Assembly: GCA_964650255.1 (NCBI GenBank) | Contig: CAZYQT010000003.1 | Span: 14,619 to 78,618 of the forward strand | Origin: an uncultured Candidatus Saccharibacteria bacterium | GTDB lineage: Bacteria; Patescibacteriota; Doudnabacteria; UBA920 | Reading direction: 5' to 3' | DNA length: 64,000 nucleotides | In this document: positions 55,216 to 64,000 of the stretch, piece by piece | How positions within the stretch are numbered: the first letter of the stretch is position 1 | Layout: each line of letters starts with the position of its first letter | The notes under the pieces: generated by a model | Databases searched by the model: none | Told to the model about the DNA's origin: nothing | Seen by the model: only the letters and a program-made list of their open reading frames with translations | Made by a program: the position numbers and the translations under genes

Positions 55216-56214
55216 ATGGACAGTATTGTACCGCACCAGCAGCCCCCTGAGCCGCAACCAGATTTTATTGAAGAGTTTGATGATCTAGTATCAAGCTCTG
55301 ATTTTGTTGCCACACAACAAGATGCACCTGTGGTGGATACCAGTGTACCGATGGAAGCTTCGACGGAAGCACCAACCGAAAAAGTTTCTTACGCGGATAG
55401 CAGTATTCAAGAATTGGATATTGCGTCGATTGTAGCTAACCCGTATCAGCCACGCACACAGTTTAAACCTGAGGCTCTCCAAGAATTGGCCGACTCGATT
55501 AAAGAGCATGGCGTGATTCAGCCTTTGGTAGTGACAGAAACTCCAAATGGTTTTGAGTTGGTAGTGGGGGAGCGACGTTTTCGTGCGTCACAGCTTGCAG
55601 GCTTAACCAAAGTGCCAGCGATTGTGAAAAAAACTTTGCACGATCAAACTAAGTTAGAAGTTGCGCTCATTGAAAATATTCAACGGCAAGAATTAAACGC
55701 CATCGAAGAAGCGCGCGGTTATGATCGATTAATTAAATCTTTTAACTTAACTCAGGATCAGGTTGCAAAAAAAGTGGGCAAGTCTCGCAGTGCTGTGGCC
55801 AACACCTTGCGATTATTAAACTTGCCAGCCGAAATTCAGCGGGGTGTTATTGAAGGAAAGATTACCGAAGGCCACGGTCGCGCAATTTTAGGATTAGGCG
55901 ACAGCATGGAAAAAATGATTTTGATGTATCAGACTATTCAAGATCAAGGCTGGAATGTTCGCCAGGTGGAAGCTAAGGTGCGTGAAATCACTGTGAAGCG
56001 CAGGATCGATGCTGCCACCCCAGATCCAAAACTAATGGCTATTGAAACCGAATTACGTGGCAAGCTGGGTGCGCAAGTGAAAATCCAACGCCAGGGCCGC
56101 GGCGGTAAAATTACAATCGACTTTTTCAGCGATGAAGATTTAGATGAAATCTTACAAAGAATTCGCGAAGAGCAAAGCGGTAATATAGATCAAGATAATT
56201 ATTTAGTTGTTTAA
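55216..56214 (+). CDS. parB: ParB/Spo0J partition protein with about 70-aa acidic N-terminal extension
   Basis: ParB box GERRFRASQLAGLTKVPAIV, HTH, C-terminal dimerisation region; no parA in the window. Confidence 0.85.
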   Translation: MDSIVPHQQPPEPQPDFIEEFDDLVSSSDFVATQQDAPVVDTSVPMEASTEAPTEKVSYADSSIQELDIASIVANPYQPRTQFKPEALQELADSIKEHGVIQPLVVTETPNGFELVVGERRFRASQLAGLTKVPAIVKKTLHDQTKLEVALIENIQRQELNAIEEARGYDRLIKSFNLTQDQVAKKVGKSRSAVANTLRLLNLPAEIQRGVIEGKITEGHGRAILGLGDSMEKMILMYQTIQDQGWNVRQVEAKVREITVKRRIDAATPDPKLMAIETELRGKLGAQVKIQRQGRGGKITIDFFSDEDLDEILQRIREEQSGNIDQDNYLVV

Positions 56215-56250
56215 AAAAACTTGGCCACTCGCCAAGCTTTTTTTAAAAGT
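56215..56250. terminator. bidirectional terminator
   Basis: cttggc/gccaag stem with A-run and T-run; between convergent genes. Confidence 0.6.
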
Positions 56251-56253
56251 GGT

Positions 56254-57516
56254 TCAAGAAATTTGCCTCGGGGTTGGTTTGTAGAGAAGCAAGAAAATTA
56301 AGCCGGAAAATAGAATCATTACTGATGAAACCATGAGCGGAGCACTTGGTGTTAACCATGCTGCAACATATCCGGAAAGCATTGGTGCGATTGATTGTGC
56401 CAACGTATTGATACTAGAATTCACGCCTAAAATCTCGCCTTGCTTATCGGGTCCAGCACTCCGGCTGATTAATGACAAGAAATTTGCTTGAACTAAGCCA
56501 ATGAACATGGCAAAGAAAGGCACAATGAAGAGTAGCCCAGAACTGGTTTTGGGCACAAAGAATAAAGCAATGCTACCAGCTAGAGCGATTAAGCCAAACC
56601 GCAGAATACTATGTTCATTAAAATGTTTTGAGATAGTACTGTTTACCACTAATTGCGAAAATACAATCCATAAACCAATGTAGGCGAAGAAGTCACCTAC
56701 ATTGCCTTGAGTAAAATCAAATTTACGAATTAAGAAGATACTCGCGAATGTAAACAAAAAATTAAATCCCGCTTGAAACAAAAAATTACTAACAAAAGGA
56801 ACTCGTAAGGACTTTGCACGAAACGCAGCAATAATGTTGCGTATAGATTTTAACCACTGAATATATACGTGCGGATGAATTTTGGGTAATGTTTCCGGGA
56901 ATAGTACTAACACTGATAGGACGTTTATAAAACTTAACCCAGCGGCGAACCAAAATGGAGTGGCCGGATTAAACCAGTCCACTAGATTTGGGTCAGAAAG
57001 CTTTCCGCCTAAGTATGGGCCAATAATTAATCCTAGACCAAAGGCCGCACCAATAAACCCGAAATTACGAGCCCGCGTTACAGGAGTTGAGACATCGGCA
57101 ATCGCGGCTTGTGCAACAGAAATGTTGCCACCAGTTAAACCATCAACAGCGCGAGCGACAAACAACAAAGGGATGCTGCGAGTTAGAACTCCAATGGCAA
57201 ATGCAATATAGGAGAAACATGTGCCAGTCAATGAAACTGCCAAAACTTTCTTTCGTCCGAATTTGTCTGAAATCTGACCCAGAATTGGCGTAGCCACAAA
57301 TTGCATCAAAGGATAAATACCCACCAAGAAACCCAGTAAGATATAGCCAGTGTCTATAGACATGCCAGGGGGTAAAATTGAAAACACTGAGTTTTCGTTA
57401 CCAAGAAGTTGTGGTACCACAGGAATTAAAATACCGTAACCGAGCATGTCTACAAAAATTGTAAACAATACTACTGGTAACGGCCTGCGGCGTAAAAGTG
57501 ATGCGAGTTTTCCCAT
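56254..57516 (-). CDS. MFS efflux transporter (TetA-like motif GRKKVLAVSL)
   Basis: Twelve TM helices; MFS motif A G(R/K)xGR(K/R) in loop 2-3. Confidence 0.75.
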   Translation of the reverse strand: MGKLASLLRRRPLPVVLFTIFVDMLGYGILIPVVPQLLGNENSVFSILPPGMSIDTGYILLGFLVGIYPLMQFVATPILGQISDKFGRKKVLAVSLTGTCFSYIAFAIGVLTRSIPLLFVARAVDGLTGGNISVAQAAIADVSTPVTRARNFGFIGAAFGLGLIIGPYLGGKLSDPNLVDWFNPATPFWFAAGLSFINVLSVLVLFPETLPKIHPHVYIQWLKSIRNIIAAFRAKSLRVPFVSNFLFQAGFNFLFTFASIFLIRKFDFTQGNVGDFFAYIGLWIVFSQLVVNSTISKHFNEHSILRFGLIALAGSIALFFVPKTSSGLLFIVPFFAMFIGLVQANFLSLISRSAGPDKQGEILGVNSSINTLAQSIAPMLSGYVAAWLTPSAPLMVSSVMILFSGLIFLLLYKPTPRQIS

Positions 57517-57586
57517 AAATTTAGTACCTCGGTATTATATCATGCCACGTTCCAAAGGTGCTATAATGAGAAAAAGAAAGGTTTAT

Positions 57587-57913
57587 ATGAACTTTGATGA
57601 TTACCAAAAGGAATCTAATAAAACCGCTCAATACCCAAAGGAGCAAGCTTTGTACTATTGTGGTTTGGGCTTAACAGGGGAGGCGGGCGAAGTTGCTGAG
57701 AAACTAAAAAAGGTCCTGCGAAACGATAATGGCGTTTTGTCAGATGAAAAGAAGACCGAAATTCAAAAAGAATTAGGTGATGTATTATGGTACATCGCTC
57801 AGCTATGCACTGTGATGAATATTTCTATGCAAGATGTGGCCAAGGGAAATTTAGCTAAATTATTTGATCGGATGGATAGAAATGTTTTGAAAAGTGAAGG
57901 GGATAATCGGTAA
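57587..57913 (+). CDS. MazG-like nucleotide pyrophosphohydrolase
   Basis: MazG EExxE-type motif GLTGEAGEVAEKLKK and second helix pair ELGDVLWYIAQL. Start set to Met after TGcTATAAT promoter (57557-57565) and SD; the longer ORF overlaps the MFS gene. Confidence 0.75.
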   Translation: MNFDDYQKESNKTAQYPKEQALYYCGLGLTGEAGEVAEKLKKVLRNDNGVLSDEKKTEIQKELGDVLWYIAQLCTVMNISMQDVAKGNLAKLFDRMDRNVLKSEGDNR

Positions 57914-58420
57914 ATGAAAAAACCATCAAAAAAGTACAGTCTCATAATCCGCAACTTTACCTTTGGAGTAGAAGATAGTTTAGTTTCCACTGTGGGATTG
58001 TTAGCTGGAATTGCTTTGGCTGGAGTTGGCCGAGAAACAATTGTCGTAACAGGTTTAGTGTTGATTTTTGTCGAAGCATTTTCTATGGGCGTGGGCAGCT
58101 TGTTGTCCGAGCAATCCGTAGAAGAGTACGAATCGAGCAAGGAAGTGTCTCTGGCAAAGCCAGGCATTGCAGCTCTGGTGATGCTTGTGTCGTATATTGT
58201 AGCTGGGTTAATACCTTTGGCGCCGTATGCTTTTTCTACTTCGGTGAGTGCGGTATATTGGTCCGTTGGGTTAACACTGCTGGCATTGTTAGTGTTGGGC
58301 GCATTTAATGCTCATTTGTTCAAAGTACGTTTGTGGAGAGACGCAATTCTTACTTTAGCCATGGGCGGCCTTGCTATTGTTGTGGGCGTTGTTGTTGGTC
58401 AGGTGGCTAATCACTTTTAA
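57914..58420 (+). CDS. VIT1/CCC1-family iron/manganese transporter
   Basis: FGVEDSLVSTVGLLAGIA motif; five TM helices. Confidence 0.7.
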   Translation: MKKPSKKYSLIIRNFTFGVEDSLVSTVGLLAGIALAGVGRETIVVTGLVLIFVEAFSMGVGSLLSEQSVEEYESSKEVSLAKPGIAALVMLVSYIVAGLIPLAPYAFSTSVSAVYWSVGLTLLALLVLGAFNAHLFKVRLWRDAILTLAMGGLAIVVGVVVGQVANHF

Positions 58421-58431
58421 CTTGCGATGTT

Positions 58432-58896
58432 ATGAAAGTCACGACTTTAGTAGTAGTTCATGATGATGAAAAGATTTTACTCGGTTATAAAAAACGTGGA
58501 TTTGGTGCTGGTCGTTGGAACGGGTTTGGCGGCAAGTTAAATGATGGAGAAACCTTAGAGCAGGCAGCGCATCGCGAGTTGGAGGAAGAAATTGGGATTA
58601 CTGCCAATAGCCTTCAGTCACGCGGTCAAATTGTTTTTACTTTTGAAGATGGCCATGAGCCAGTTGAGGTCAATATTTTTACCCTTGAATCTTTTTTGGG
58701 TGAACCAGTAGAGTCTGAAGAAATGCGCCCGCAGTGGTATTTGCATGCAGACATTCCATACTCTGAAATGTGGCCAGACGACGAGTTTTGGCTACCATTG
58801 GTTTTGCAAGGCAAGAACGTGACTGGCGCTGTTCATTTTGACAGCCCTGGCTCGCAAAATATTTTGCAAAATAGTTTTGAAGAACTAGTTATATAA
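58432..58896 (+). CDS. NUDIX hydrolase (MutT-like)
   Basis: Nudix box GGKLNDGETLEQAAHRELEEEIGI. Confidence 0.85.
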   Translation: MKVTTLVVVHDDEKILLGYKKRGFGAGRWNGFGGKLNDGETLEQAAHRELEEEIGITANSLQSRGQIVFTFEDGHEPVEVNIFTLESFLGEPVESEEMRPQWYLHADIPYSEMWPDDEFWLPLVLQGKNVTGAVHFDSPGSQNILQNSFEELVI

Positions 58897-58898
58897 TT

Positions 58899-60623
58899 AT
58901 GTTTAAGTTTAAATATTTTTATTTTTTAATTTTAACTTTCGCAATTGGTGGTTTAATTTTTGTTGCGCCGGTAAACCAAGTTCATGCGCAAGAAATTATC
59001 CCTAACTACCTGACTAACATTGTTATTAACAAAGACGGTAGCGTGAATGTTTCTGAGGAAATAACTTATGACTTTGGTAGTACAGAACATCATGGTATTA
59101 CCAGGAATATTCCATACAAATACAAAGCGCGTGGTGGTAACTATAAGCTACGCATAAGCAACATTACTGTGACGGATGATAAAGGTATCGCTGTACCATT
59201 TACTAAATCAACGGGTGGCGGGGAAATTCAATTGAAAATTGGCGACCCGGAAACTTTTGTAACCGGGCAGCATATTTATAAACTATCGTATACAGTTAGG
59301 AGAGCAATCAATTTTTTTGGTGATCACGATGAGTTTTATTGGAACGCCATTGGCCAAAGTAGCGAAGTGGGTGTAACAAAAGCGCAGGTAACTGTGACTG
59401 CACCAGCTCAAATGAATCCAGTTGTTTGTTATACCGGCGCTGCAGCAAGCACTGAGCAAAATTGCAGCATAGTTGGCGGTAATACTAATACCGCAACTAT
59501 TACCCTGACAAAGCCATTGTCGGCGAAAGAAGGAATTACTGTTGTCGCTGGCATGCCGGTTGGTAGTATCGACAAGCCAACCACAGCTCAAAAGCTGAAA
59601 GATATTATTTTGGATAATGGCATTTTGGTTTTACCGCTGCTCGTGCTAATTGGTATGTACTATATTTGGCAGCGGTTTGGTAAAGACGCCAAGCGGAAAA
59701 ATGCAATCGTTGCTCAGTACGAAGCACCGGATAATTTGTCTGCCATGTATGTTGGCGCATTAATGCATAGCTCGGTGGCAAATAAAGACATTGCAGCCGA
59801 AGTAATATATCTAGCCACTCAAGGGTATTTAAAAATAGAGCAGTTAGATACCAAAGCTTTGCTTGTGTTTAACAGCCATGATTATAAATTTACAAAATTA
59901 ACTAAACCAACCGAAGGTCTTGCTCCACAAACCCGAGCGCTATTAAATAAAATCTTTGCTTCAGGCAAGAACGAGGTGTTGTTATCTGAATTAAAAGGTG
60001 ATAAAGATTTTGGCACCGCACTGGCTGGAATTAAACATAGCGTTATGAAAAACTTGGTAGCAGATGGTTATTACCGTGCTAATCCAGTAGTGGTCAAATC
60101 TGCTTGGCTCGCCGGAGCGTTCATTGGCGGGGCAGCTCTAACTGGATTTTTGGGATCATCAATTGGATATATTGGTGGTATTGCAGGGGCAGCTTCTTGG
60201 ATAATCTTGTTGATATTCGCATACCTTATGCCGGCACGGACTCAAAAAGGTGCAGACACACTTGCGAAAATTTACGGTTTGGAAGATTATATGTCTGTAG
60301 CGGAGAAGGACCGAATGGCCTTCCATGATGCTCCAGAAAAAAAGCCTGAACAGTTTTCCATATTGTTGCCATTTGCAATTGCTTTGGGTGTTGAAGCCGC
60401 TTGGGCTGCACAGTTTAAGGGCTTAACTCAAGCGCCATCGTGGTACACTAGTACTAGTAGCCAAGCTTTCAATGCCATGGCTTTTACAAACTCGTTGAGC
60501 AATTTTTCTGGCTCCATGCAATCCGCTGCCAGCTCAGCAAGTTCAGCCTCTTCTGGTGGAAGTGGATTTAGCGGAGGCTCGAGTGGTGGAGGTTTTGGAG
60601 GCGGCAGCGTTGGTAGTTGGTAA
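58899..60623 (+). CDS. DUF2207-family membrane protein with C-terminal Gly/Ser-rich tail
   Basis: Signal peptide, extracellular DUF2207 region (NIVINKDGSVNVSEEITYDFGSTEHHGITRNIPYKY), TM helices, tail SSASSASSGGSGFSGGSSGGGFGGGS. Confidence 0.65.
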   Translation: MFKFKYFYFLILTFAIGGLIFVAPVNQVHAQEIIPNYLTNIVINKDGSVNVSEEITYDFGSTEHHGITRNIPYKYKARGGNYKLRISNITVTDDKGIAVPFTKSTGGGEIQLKIGDPETFVTGQHIYKLSYTVRRAINFFGDHDEFYWNAIGQSSEVGVTKAQVTVTAPAQMNPVVCYTGAAASTEQNCSIVGGNTNTATITLTKPLSAKEGITVVAGMPVGSIDKPTTAQKLKDIILDNGILVLPLLVLIGMYYIWQRFGKDAKRKNAIVAQYEAPDNLSAMYVGALMHSSVANKDIAAEVIYLATQGYLKIEQLDTKALLVFNSHDYKFTKLTKPTEGLAPQTRALLNKIFASGKNEVLLSELKGDKDFGTALAGIKHSVMKNLVADGYYRANPVVVKSAWLAGAFIGGAALTGFLGSSIGYIGGIAGAASWIILLIFAYLMPARTQKGADTLAKIYGLEDYMSVAEKDRMAFHDAPEKKPEQFSILLPFAIALGVEAAWAAQFKGLTQAPSWYTSTSSQAFNAMAFTNSLSNFSGSMQSAASSASSASSGGSGFSGGSSGGGFGGGSVGSW

Positions 60624-60637
60624 TTAATTTAAAGAGT

Positions 60638-61135
60638 ATGAGTTTTCCGTTTAATTTTATAATTATTCCAGGAATTATTATTGCCACTGCGGTTATCGGT
60701 GGCAAGCATGCCAGAAAAGGGGTTGATTCTTGGTATAAGCATTTGCACAAACCTAAAGGTACGCCGCCAGGAAAGTTAATTGGCGAAATATGGTTTTTCT
60801 TGTACGTAATCACTGGCTTAGCAGTTTTGTGGTATTGGAATGTATCTTATCCTGGGTGGACCAAATATTTGGTTGGGGGAGTATTACTGATAAATGCTTA
60901 TTATAATGCGACTTGGAACAAGGTTTTCTTTGTTGAGCATAACCTTGGTAAGGCCCATCAATTTGCCAAACGCCTCTTCGTGACGGCAGTGATTGCTGCT
61001 GGTCTAATGGCTGTGCATTCTTTCATTGCTGCATTCCTCATGCTGCCATATATTGTTTGGCTTGCTTATGCCACCAAGCTGGCTAGGCAAATTCAGAAAT
61101 TGAACCATCAGCAAAGTCATCAACAAAATAATTAG
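60638..61135 (+). CDS. TspO/MBR-family tryptophan-rich sensory protein
   Basis: SWYKHLHKPKGTPPGKLIGEIWFFLYV matches the TspO motif WYxxLxKPxWxPPxWxFxxVWxxLY; five TM helices; start set to Met with SD AAAGAG. Confidence 0.65.
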   Translation: MSFPFNFIIIPGIIIATAVIGGKHARKGVDSWYKHLHKPKGTPPGKLIGEIWFFLYVITGLAVLWYWNVSYPGWTKYLVGGVLLINAYYNATWNKVFFVEHNLGKAHQFAKRLFVTAVIAAGLMAVHSFIAAFLMLPYIVWLAYATKLARQIQKLNHQQSHQQNN

Positions 61136-61148
61136 TCATGTTTAAGCA

Positions 61149-61178
61149 ATCTCCAGGCATCTGGAGATTTTTTCATCA
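61149..61178 (+). terminator. rho-independent terminator
   Basis: atctccag/ctggagat 8-bp stem, loop gcat, TTTTTT. Confidence 0.8.
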
Positions 61179-61477
61179 CGTACTCATTCTGTTTTCAGTT
61201 TTGAATAGTATATTGAAAGTGTTCCTGCTTTTGAGTCTGGTTATATTGCGGGAGCAGAAAGGATTTCCATGTTCGGAACAAAATTGGTCAACCATTTAGT
61301 TCGAGAACTCTGGGACGACGCCTAGCGAGGTTTATTATGATGTATGAAAAGAATGCAGGGGTATTTACAATTGAATAAGCGAGGAATTTTGCATTGCAAA
61401 TTATGAAATCGAATCACGCAATATTAGAAGGGAATCTCTCTTCGGCTGCTATCCACGCAGCAATTAAAAAGAAATAT

Positions 61478-61509
61478 AAAAACCGCCTCAGTAAGAGAAG
61501 CGGTTTTTA
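61478..61509 (-). terminator. rpmB terminator (overlaps stop codon)
   Basis: aaaccgc/gcggttt stem with T-run on minus strand. Confidence 0.6.
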
Positions 61510-61695
61510 TGCTGCGACTTTGGCGGTCTTTGACTTGGCCTTAATGCAGCGCGTACAAGCTTTAACTCGGTTTCCATCTTCGTTACGAGTCCACTGAGTG
61601 TTTGGCATCAATCTGCGGATTGAAGCGCGCATAGAGTGGGATCGTTTGATAGTTTTTGAGTAAGTCTTGCCGCAAATGGTGCACATTCTTGGCAT
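61507..61695 (-). CDS. rpmB: 50S ribosomal protein L28
   Basis: MPRMCTICGKTYSKTIKRSHSMRASIRRLMPN matches the L28 N-terminal pattern (M-R-C-x-GK...SHS...R...PN). Confidence 0.75.
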   Translation of the reverse strand: MPRMCTICGKTYSKTIKRSHSMRASIRRLMPNTQWTRNEDGNRVKACTRCIKAKSKTAKVAA

Positions 61696-61713
61696 TTCAG
61701 TAAAATTTAATAC

Positions 61714-62112
61714 TTGCTAAGTATATACGAATATATTAAAATTGGCAAGAGTTTGGAGTTTTTATTCAGGAGGAGTGCCAAAATGTCTTTAGAATTGGTG
61801 TTATCGCGAATGTTTCTTGCCTTGCTGATAATTTTTCTGTCAGGACTATATGCCGTTACTTCGCTTGTATCACTAGCAATAATCAGATATGTGAAAAGTA
61901 GGTTATTTGGAAATTACCAGACTTTCCCGCCTGGATTTATTTATACTTTCTGGCTTGGATGCACTTTGTATCATGAAGTGTTGCTGATGCTGCAGATTTC
62001 CGAGTATATTAGCTTTAGGGATAGCGAACTCCTGTTTTTAATAGGAGCCACTACCTTGCCTTTACTTGCAATGGTTTCGCTGGGCCGAAATGATCCAGCG
62101 AATCGCCTCTGA
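61714..62112 (+). CDS. small membrane protein (132 aa)
   Basis: Four TM helices; no family recognised. Confidence 0.45.
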   Translation: MLSIYEYIKIGKSLEFLFRRSAKMSLELVLSRMFLALLIIFLSGLYAVTSLVSLAIIRYVKSRLFGNYQTFPPGFIYTFWLGCTLYHEVLLMLQISEYISFRDSELLFLIGATTLPLLAMVSLGRNDPANRL

Positions 62113-62146
62113 AAAGGGGCTTTTATTTTTGTGCTAAAATAAGTTT

Positions 62147-62764
62147 ATGGAAATTTTCATTACCTTAGTCATTTTAATATTTTCGGCCATTGTTCATGAG
62201 GTGTCGCACGGGCTTATGGCGGAAAAGTTAGGGGATAGTACGGCGCGCGATGAGGGGCGCATTACTTTAAACCCAATTCCGCATATCGATCCTTTTGGTT
62301 CGATTTTGCTACCAGCTTTGCTTTTATTTTTGCATAGCCCGATTGTGTTTGGTGCAGCCAAGCCTGTGCCTGTAGATTTCAATAATCTTAAACCGCGTAA
62401 GCTTGGTATGGCATTAGTCTCCCTGGCGGGACCTTTGAGTAACTTTATTTTGGCCGCAGTGTTTTTGTTGATTTTAAAATTTGGCTCACCACTACACATT
62501 ATTAACGAAATTTCTGGGCCAATTCTTACTACTGCAGCCTTAATTAATGTAGTGTTGGGAACTTTCAACTTGCTTCCAATCCCACCTCTTGATGGCAGCA
62601 AAATTGTGGCATCATTCTTGCCAGACAAATTAATGTACTGGATCCTCTCCATGGAGCAGTATGGATTTTTTCTAGTTATCATTTTTCTGATGCTGGGAAT
62701 TTTAGAGAAAATTTTGGTACCAGTAGTAACTTTGTTTTTCTCTCTGTTTGGAATTAGTATTTAA
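62147..62764 (+). CDS. M50-family site-2 protease-like membrane metallopeptidase
   Basis: HEVSHG zinc motif within TM1 and a downstream conserved Asp (LLPIPPLDGSKI). Confidence 0.8.
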   Translation: MEIFITLVILIFSAIVHEVSHGLMAEKLGDSTARDEGRITLNPIPHIDPFGSILLPALLLFLHSPIVFGAAKPVPVDFNNLKPRKLGMALVSLAGPLSNFILAAVFLLILKFGSPLHIINEISGPILTTAALINVVLGTFNLLPIPPLDGSKIVASFLPDKLMYWILSMEQYGFFLVIIFLMLGILEKILVPVVTLFFSLFGISI

Positions 62765-62786
62765 GATAAAATAGACAAAAGAAAAA

Positions 62787-62816
62787 TACTCCCATTCTTG
62801 CGAAGGGGAGTATTTG
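62787..62816. terminator. bidirectional terminator
   Basis: atactccc/gggagtat 8-bp stem, loop attcttgcgaa. Confidence 0.7.
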
Positions 62817-62838
62817 CTTGTACTCGGGAAGTACATTG

Positions 62839-63648
62839 CTATTGTATGGTGAGGTGCGCGAACGGGTTCGCTGACTTTAATGGATTATAGCCTAAGCGTC
62901 CAAGGGCGCTTGTGAGCATCTTGGCACAGATTTTGCCGGCTGATTCTCTGGCAACCACCCTCGTGATCGGCTTAACTAAGTTTGCCTCGTCCTTGATGAA
63001 TATAATTAGGTCCTCCATGTTGATCCACTTACGGGATGTGCCGTGAATTCGACTTGAGGCGCTGTTCCCTTCGGACGCTAAGCGCCTTTCGTTGAATACG
63101 AAGGCGACTTCACCTCTTTCCAGTTCGATTCTGGGTTCGTCGTATGCCATCATCAAGCTCTTGTCGAGCTCTGATCCGGGAACAAAATTATAGAAATCGA
63201 TCGGGAGCTCTGGCGCTCGGTAGCGCAGTGTCATTTTACCGCTGACTGGTTTGAACTTTATCCAGTCGCCGGGTCGCATTGTGAACTCTCTTTCTTTTGA
63301 TTCCGCTGGTATCGCTTTTAGCTGCACCCATCGGTTTAGCTTCGGCGTTATTTCGAGGGCAGCGCAGGCTTCGTTGTTCAGAGGTCTGTGTACTCCGGGG
63401 ATCTTAAACAAATACTCAGATGATAGAATTAGGGTCGTATGAGGGGCAATACAATTGCCGTTATTTTCCATAATGTATTTAATCAGCAGATTAGGCTCGC
63501 TACACCACCAATATATCCTCTTATTGAAAGTTGATCCTGCTGCCTTCGGGATTGGCAACAGATTCATATTATACATCTTTTTAGCGGAATTGTCAACGAG
63601 TGGCTGACTATTTGCTTTTTTCCTGAAAAGACTATATAATATCAGCAC
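62839..63648 (-). CDS. hypothetical protein, start ambiguous (GTG at 63648 or downstream Met)
   Basis: Long ORF, no family recognised; a perfect TTGACA-17-TATAAT promoter (63568-63596, minus strand) lies inside its 5' part. Confidence 0.45.
   Translation of the reverse strand: MLILYSLFRKKANSQPLVDNSAKKMYNMNLLPIPKAAGSTFNKRIYWWCSEPNLLIKYIMENNGNCIAPHTTLILSSEYLFKIPGVHRPLNNEACAALEITPKLNRWVQLKAIPAESKEREFTMRPGDWIKFKPVSGKMTLRYRAPELPIDFYNFVPGSELDKSLMMAYDEPRIELERGEVAFVFNERRLASEGNSASSRIHGTSRKWINMEDLIIFIKDEANLVKPITRVVARESAGKICAKMLTSALGRLGYNPLKSANPFAHLTIQ
63568..63596 (-). promoter_or_regulatory. perfect consensus sigma70 promoter inside the 5' region of ORF 62839..63648
   Basis: Minus-strand read cgTTGACAattccgctaaaaagatgTATAATatgaatctg. 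Confidence 0.5.
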
Positions 63649-63863
63649 AATTCATTTGAAGCCCAAGCTGACCCGAAAGGGGAGGCTCAAGAATTACTGA
63701 CACATTTGCTCGCTATATGGGAATTTACTGGCATAGGCTTCGCCAGAGTACCAAACAGCGAAACCTTAAGAGAATCGACTCTGGGTCGATTTTTTATGTG
63801 CTAATTAACGGGACGTCTCGAAAGAGGCACGTGTCATCCCACAAAGAAAGGGACATCTAAAAG

Positions 63864-64000
63864 ATGCCAACTATTAATCAATTGGTTCGAAAAGGCCGCA
63901 AGCCTTTGAAAGCCAAGAGTAAGTCTCCGGCGCTACAACGCCGCGTAAACTTGCTGAAGAACAAAACCATCAACATGCCAACCGGCAGCCCGTTTATGCG
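63864..64000 (+). CDS. rpsL: 30S ribosomal protein S12 (3'-truncated by window end)
   Basis: MPTINQLVRKGRKPLKAKSKSPALQRRVNLLKNKTINMPTGSPFM matches the S12 N-terminus. Confidence 0.9.
   Translation, partial: MPTINQLVRKGRKPLKAKSKSPALQRRVNLLKNKTINMPTGSPFM

Noticed and set aside
61394-61597. Plus-strand 67-aa ORF
   Set aside because: Overlaps rpmB (L28) on the opposite strand and the rpmB terminator; no SD.

Overview
AT-rich (about 40% GC by eye) bacterial chromosomal segment, densely coding, with roughly 75 protein genes and 4 tRNAs. Several things loosely suggest a small-genome Patescibacteria/CPR-like lineage: many small secreted or membrane proteins, pilin-like genes, and RGG-tailed RNA enzymes. 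This lineage call is an inference only. The window runs, in order, through: (1) a surface-protein and sugar-utilisation block (CHB_HEX_C/Fn3 surface proteins, GH1 beta-glucosidase, GH5-like hydrolase, ROK kinase, DMT transporter); (2) a pilin-like, cupin, DUF4342 membrane cluster and an ABC-2 exporter; (3) an unusual array of small minus-strand gene modules abutting tRNA-His, where each module ends in a near-identical terminator and a conserved 36-nt box whose 3' end mimics the tRNA-His acceptor end, read as a nested or tandem cassette-like integration hotspot; (4) an ECF sigma / anti-sigma operon with a divergent secreted-protein gene, each side with a near-identical TGAAAC-N17-CGATA promoter; (5) a DEAD-box helicase, an M23 peptidase and an FAD oxidase; (6) a 1-kb single-gene islet inserted at the 3' end of an ABC exporter gene, flanked by a 55-bp direct repeat that differs only at synonymous positions; (7) two tRNA-Arg genes, Dus, and a XerC/D-like recombinase; (8) a long housekeeping plus-strand run (rpsO, pnp, tgt, glyQS, M24, M16, nfo, AI-2E transporter, metG, CYTH, tatD, HD, M15, glyA, uppP, PAP2); (9) tRNA-Leu(CAA) followed directly by a free-standing double-motif LAGLIDADG homing endonuclease and parB; (10) MFS, mazG-like, VIT, Nudix, DUF2207, TspO, rpmB, an M50 protease, an unknown gene carrying an internal consensus promoter, and the start of rpsL. 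No CRISPR array, rRNA or transposase was seen. Coordinates for tRNAs, promoters and terminators were derived by hand and may be off by a few nucleotides.
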